Below, piece after piece: positions 14,673-16,957 of a stretch of DNA of 16,957 nucleotides; within the stretch, counting starts at the first letter, position 1, and each line of letters begins with the position of its first letter. The stretch is from Pedosphaera sp. (GTDB lineage Bacteria > Verrucomicrobiota > Verrucomicrobiia > Limisphaerales > SIBH01), in assembly GCA_031414955.1 (NCBI GenBank), contig JANOQV010000058.1:1-16957 (forward strand). The letters are read 5' to 3'. The position numbers were made by a program, and so were the translations under genes. Below the pieces are notes generated by a model. That model ran no database searches. It was given only the letters and a program-made list of their open reading frames with translations, and had not been told where the DNA came from.

Positions 14673-16499
14673 ATGCGCGCCGAGATGCTGCCACTGATGA
14701 AACGCTGGGGGCCGGGGGCCTTGCTCACCGCGCTGGTGCTGCTGGTCTGGGGCCAAAGCATCTCGTTCCAGTTCGTCTGGGACGACAAGTTCTTCATCAA
14801 GGATCTCCAGAGCATCCGTTCTCTCCGCCAGGTGCCGGAGATGTTTTACTCGCTCGCCGCGCAATCGAGCCAACCGGAAGCCTTCACGCTCTTCCGCCCA
14901 CTGCGCACGCTGCACTACGCGATCCTTTACGCCCTCGGCGGGGACACGGCGCAGCCCTGGCTGTTTCACCTGGCAAACCTCGTCTGGCACGCTGCCGCCA
15001 CCCTGCTCTTCCATCAGGTTCTGTTGCTGATTCTCGGGCGGAAGATCGGCGAGAAGCAGGATTCCATCCGCTGGTTTGCCTGGCTCGGAGCGGCGGCCTT
15101 CGCCGTGCATCCGGTGGTCTCGGAAGTCGTGTGCTGGGCCAAGAGCCTGGACGACTTGATGGCGACGGCCTTCGTCCTCGCCAGTTGCCTGGCCTTGTTG
15201 CGCGATCAGCCGGAACCACTCGCGCGACGAAGCTACGGGTGGGCGGTGACCTTCTTCATTCTCGCGCTTTACTCCAAGGAGTCAGCCGTGCCGTTCGCAC
15301 TCTTTTGCCTCCCGCTCCTCGCCTGGCGGATGCGCCGGGGTTGGTGGCCTTCGCTTCAGGCCAGCCTCCCGTTTTTCGTCGCGGCCTTCGGCTTTGTGGT
15401 GCATCGCCATCTGGTCATCGGGCGGACGAGCCAAACCGCGCCCATTTCGGGCGGCTACGTTCAAACCCTCATCGACACCCTGCCGGCCGGGCCGATTTAC
15501 GCACGGCTGCTCGCGGGGATTCCGCCCTTTTGCATCGACTACAGCTACATGGATTCCAACCAGGTGCTCAGCACGCCCTCCGTGATGCTGGGCTACGCCC
15601 TGCTCGCGGGGTTGATCCTCGGCATCCTGCTGGCCTGGCGGGGCGGCCAGAAACTTCTGAGTGCGGGACTGCTGTGGTTCCTGGTCTTCATGCTCCCCTG
15701 CTCCAACTTGATTCCGATGATGCAGTACTGCGCGGAACGCTTTCTGTACCTCCCGCTGCTCGGCTGGATCGCGGCCCTGACCAGTCTGGCCATGCTCATC
15801 CCACGTCGAAACCTGTCCTTGGCGATATGCATGCTCACGCTGGTGATTTGGTCCGGGGTCGCGTGGCAGCGTTCCTGGATTTGGCGCGACCCGCTCACTC
15901 TCTTCGTGCAAAGCCATCTCGAAGGTCCGACCACGCCCCGTGTGCAAAACAACGCCATCTCGGCGGCCTTCGGGCAACCGCACCTGCGCGCGGCCTTTTC
16001 CCGTGGGGCCAGGCCCGGCTACCCTTCGGAAGTCGCGGTCTCGCCAACCATCACCAATCATCCGCCCGATTGGCCCGCCGTCGTAGCGACTCTGGCCCAA
16101 CTGCACCAACTGTTCCCGGACGATATGGCCGTGGTCACAGCTTTGGGGCATAGTCACATCCTGCGCGGTCAGGCGGCGGAAGCGATCCCATTCTTCGAAC
16201 GCGCGACTCTACAGCATCCCGACCAGCTTTCCTTCTGGAGCAGCCTGAGCCGCGCGCAAGTGGCGGCGGGGCGCGACGACCAGGCGGCGGAAACCTGCCA
16301 ACGCGCCCTCGCCCGCGACGCCAGTCATCTCCTGACCTTGGAGTTGCTCGCCACCATCCAGCACCGCCAGGAGAAATACTCCGACGCGCACCAGACTTAC
16401 CTCAAGCTCCACGCCGCCGCGCCGGACAACCGTGAGTTCGCCCAACGCGCAGCAGACTTGGAACGCCAACTGGCTGCGCTGCTCACGCCCGCAAGGTAA
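14673..16499 (+). CDS. TMTC-like multi-pass GT-C glycosyltransferase with C-terminal TPRs (putative protein O-glycosyltransferase)
   Basis: FVWDD, FRPL, HLANLVWH, FAVHPVVSEVVCW, SKESA, AERFLYLP and WRDPLTLF motifs; many TM segments; TPR tail; starts 3 nt after the GT2-MTase stop. Confidence 0.85.
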   Translation: MRAEMLPLMKRWGPGALLTALVLLVWGQSISFQFVWDDKFFIKDLQSIRSLRQVPEMFYSLAAQSSQPEAFTLFRPLRTLHYAILYALGGDTAQPWLFHLANLVWHAAATLLFHQVLLLILGRKIGEKQDSIRWFAWLGAAAFAVHPVVSEVVCWAKSLDDLMATAFVLASCLALLRDQPEPLARRSYGWAVTFFILALYSKESAVPFALFCLPLLAWRMRRGWWPSLQASLPFFVAAFGFVVHRHLVIGRTSQTAPISGGYVQTLIDTLPAGPIYARLLAGIPPFCIDYSYMDSNQVLSTPSVMLGYALLAGLILGILLAWRGGQKLLSAGLLWFLVFMLPCSNLIPMMQYCAERFLYLPLLGWIAALTSLAMLIPRRNLSLAICMLTLVIWSGVAWQRSWIWRDPLTLFVQSHLEGPTTPRVQNNAISAAFGQPHLRAAFSRGARPGYPSEVAVSPTITNHPPDWPAVVATLAQLHQLFPDDMAVVTALGHSHILRGQAAEAIPFFERATLQHPDQLSFWSSLSRAQVAAGRDDQAAETCQRALARDASHLLTLELLATIQHRQEKYSDAHQTYLKLHAAAPDNREFAQRAADLERQLAALLTPAR

Positions 16500-16556
16500 G
16501 GGTAAGCCTTCCCGCCAACTTAACGCCGCGCTCCGTTCAGGCGATCTCGACCTCGG

Positions 16557-16590
16557 AAAATAAAAAACCCCGGCCCACAAGGGACGGGGT
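16557..16590 (-). terminator. Rho-independent terminator (minus strand)
   Basis: Minus strand ACCCCGTCCC-TTGT-GGGCCGGGGT followed by TTTTTATTTT. Confidence 0.85.
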
Positions 16591-16598
16591 GTGAAAGC

Positions 16599-16875
16599 TC
16601 CAGGCACGCGTTTTTCAACATTGGCGCTCCCACAACACTATTGTCGGCAGCACCACCGCCCAGCCTTAGCCGAAAAGCCCCGGCGACTGCACCACGAGCG
16701 ATGGCCCTGGCAATCTACGCACGGTCTCCACACTGCGTGTCTTGGAGGTCGAGAGCCGACTTGATGCCACCAACCGGATTCGTTCCGAGAAGCGGATGAG
16801 GAAGAAACTGCCCATGAACTTGGCTCACTACTTGAACGCAATCGGACCCCTTCCGGCGCCAGCTCGCTCCCTGGA
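16599..16875 (-). ncRNA. Candidate structured non-coding RNA (~277 nt), family not recognised
   Basis: Ends pair (UCCAGG/CCUGGA), with many nested stems found by eye. A terminator lies directly downstream and a TATGAT -10-like box directly upstream. No convincing CDS overlaps it. Confidence 0.55.
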
Positions 16876-16878
16876 TTG

Positions 16879-16906
16879 ATCATAACCCGTTAAGAGCCGG
16901 TCTGAA
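16879..16906 (-). promoter_or_regulatory. Possible sigma70-type promoter for the candidate ncRNA
   Basis: Minus strand TTCAGA-N16-TATGAT, ending a few nt before the 5' arm of the closing stem. Confidence 0.35.
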
Positions 16907-16935
16907 AAGTCACTGGTGGAGCGCAAGCCCAGCCC

Positions 16936-16957
16936 CGGAGTGCGCCCGTCCTCGGGC
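16936..16957 (+). repeat. GGAG-type REP arm, truncated by the window end
   Basis: CGGAGTGCGCCCGTCCTCGGGC is identical to 5725-5746 but lacks the MITE terminal repeat upstream. Confidence 0.85.

Noticed and set aside
16620..16665. Lysine-riboswitch-like 3' segment (CUGCC-hairpin-GGAGCGC) or T-box-like GGUGGUGCUGC
   Set aside because: The required upstream motifs are absent and there is no downstream co-oriented gene to regulate.
16638..16883. 81-aa minus-strand ORF
   Set aside because: No RBS, atypical composition and no codon bias; the region is better explained by RNA structure.

Overview
GC-rich bacterial chromosomal window. The gene content and repeat families resemble Verrucomicrobia; this is an inference, not a verified assignment. 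Left end: a truncated secreted-protein gene (-) diverges from a small accessory cassette (+). The cassette holds a stand-alone AraC-type HTH gene, a helical protein gene split by one in-frame TAG, a degenerate 21-bp-period tract and a phage tail-collar-like gene bracketed by 26-bp inverted repeats. Middle: DciA/DUF721, a full-length GH42 beta-galactosidase-like protein lacking the canonical acid/base Glu, a NUDIX hydrolase, a TPR membrane protein and a protein with a 7TM-HD-like extracellular domain. Two 173-bp MITE-like elements, each with its own target-site duplication and an internal REP pair, lie in this section. Right: a glycosylation cluster (MTase-GT2, MTase, GT2-MTase, TMTC-like GT-C/TPR) interrupted by an M42 peptidase. 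It is followed by a ~277-nt, highly base-paired minus-strand segment with a candidate promoter and an intrinsic terminator, which is the best candidate for an unannotated structured ncRNA.
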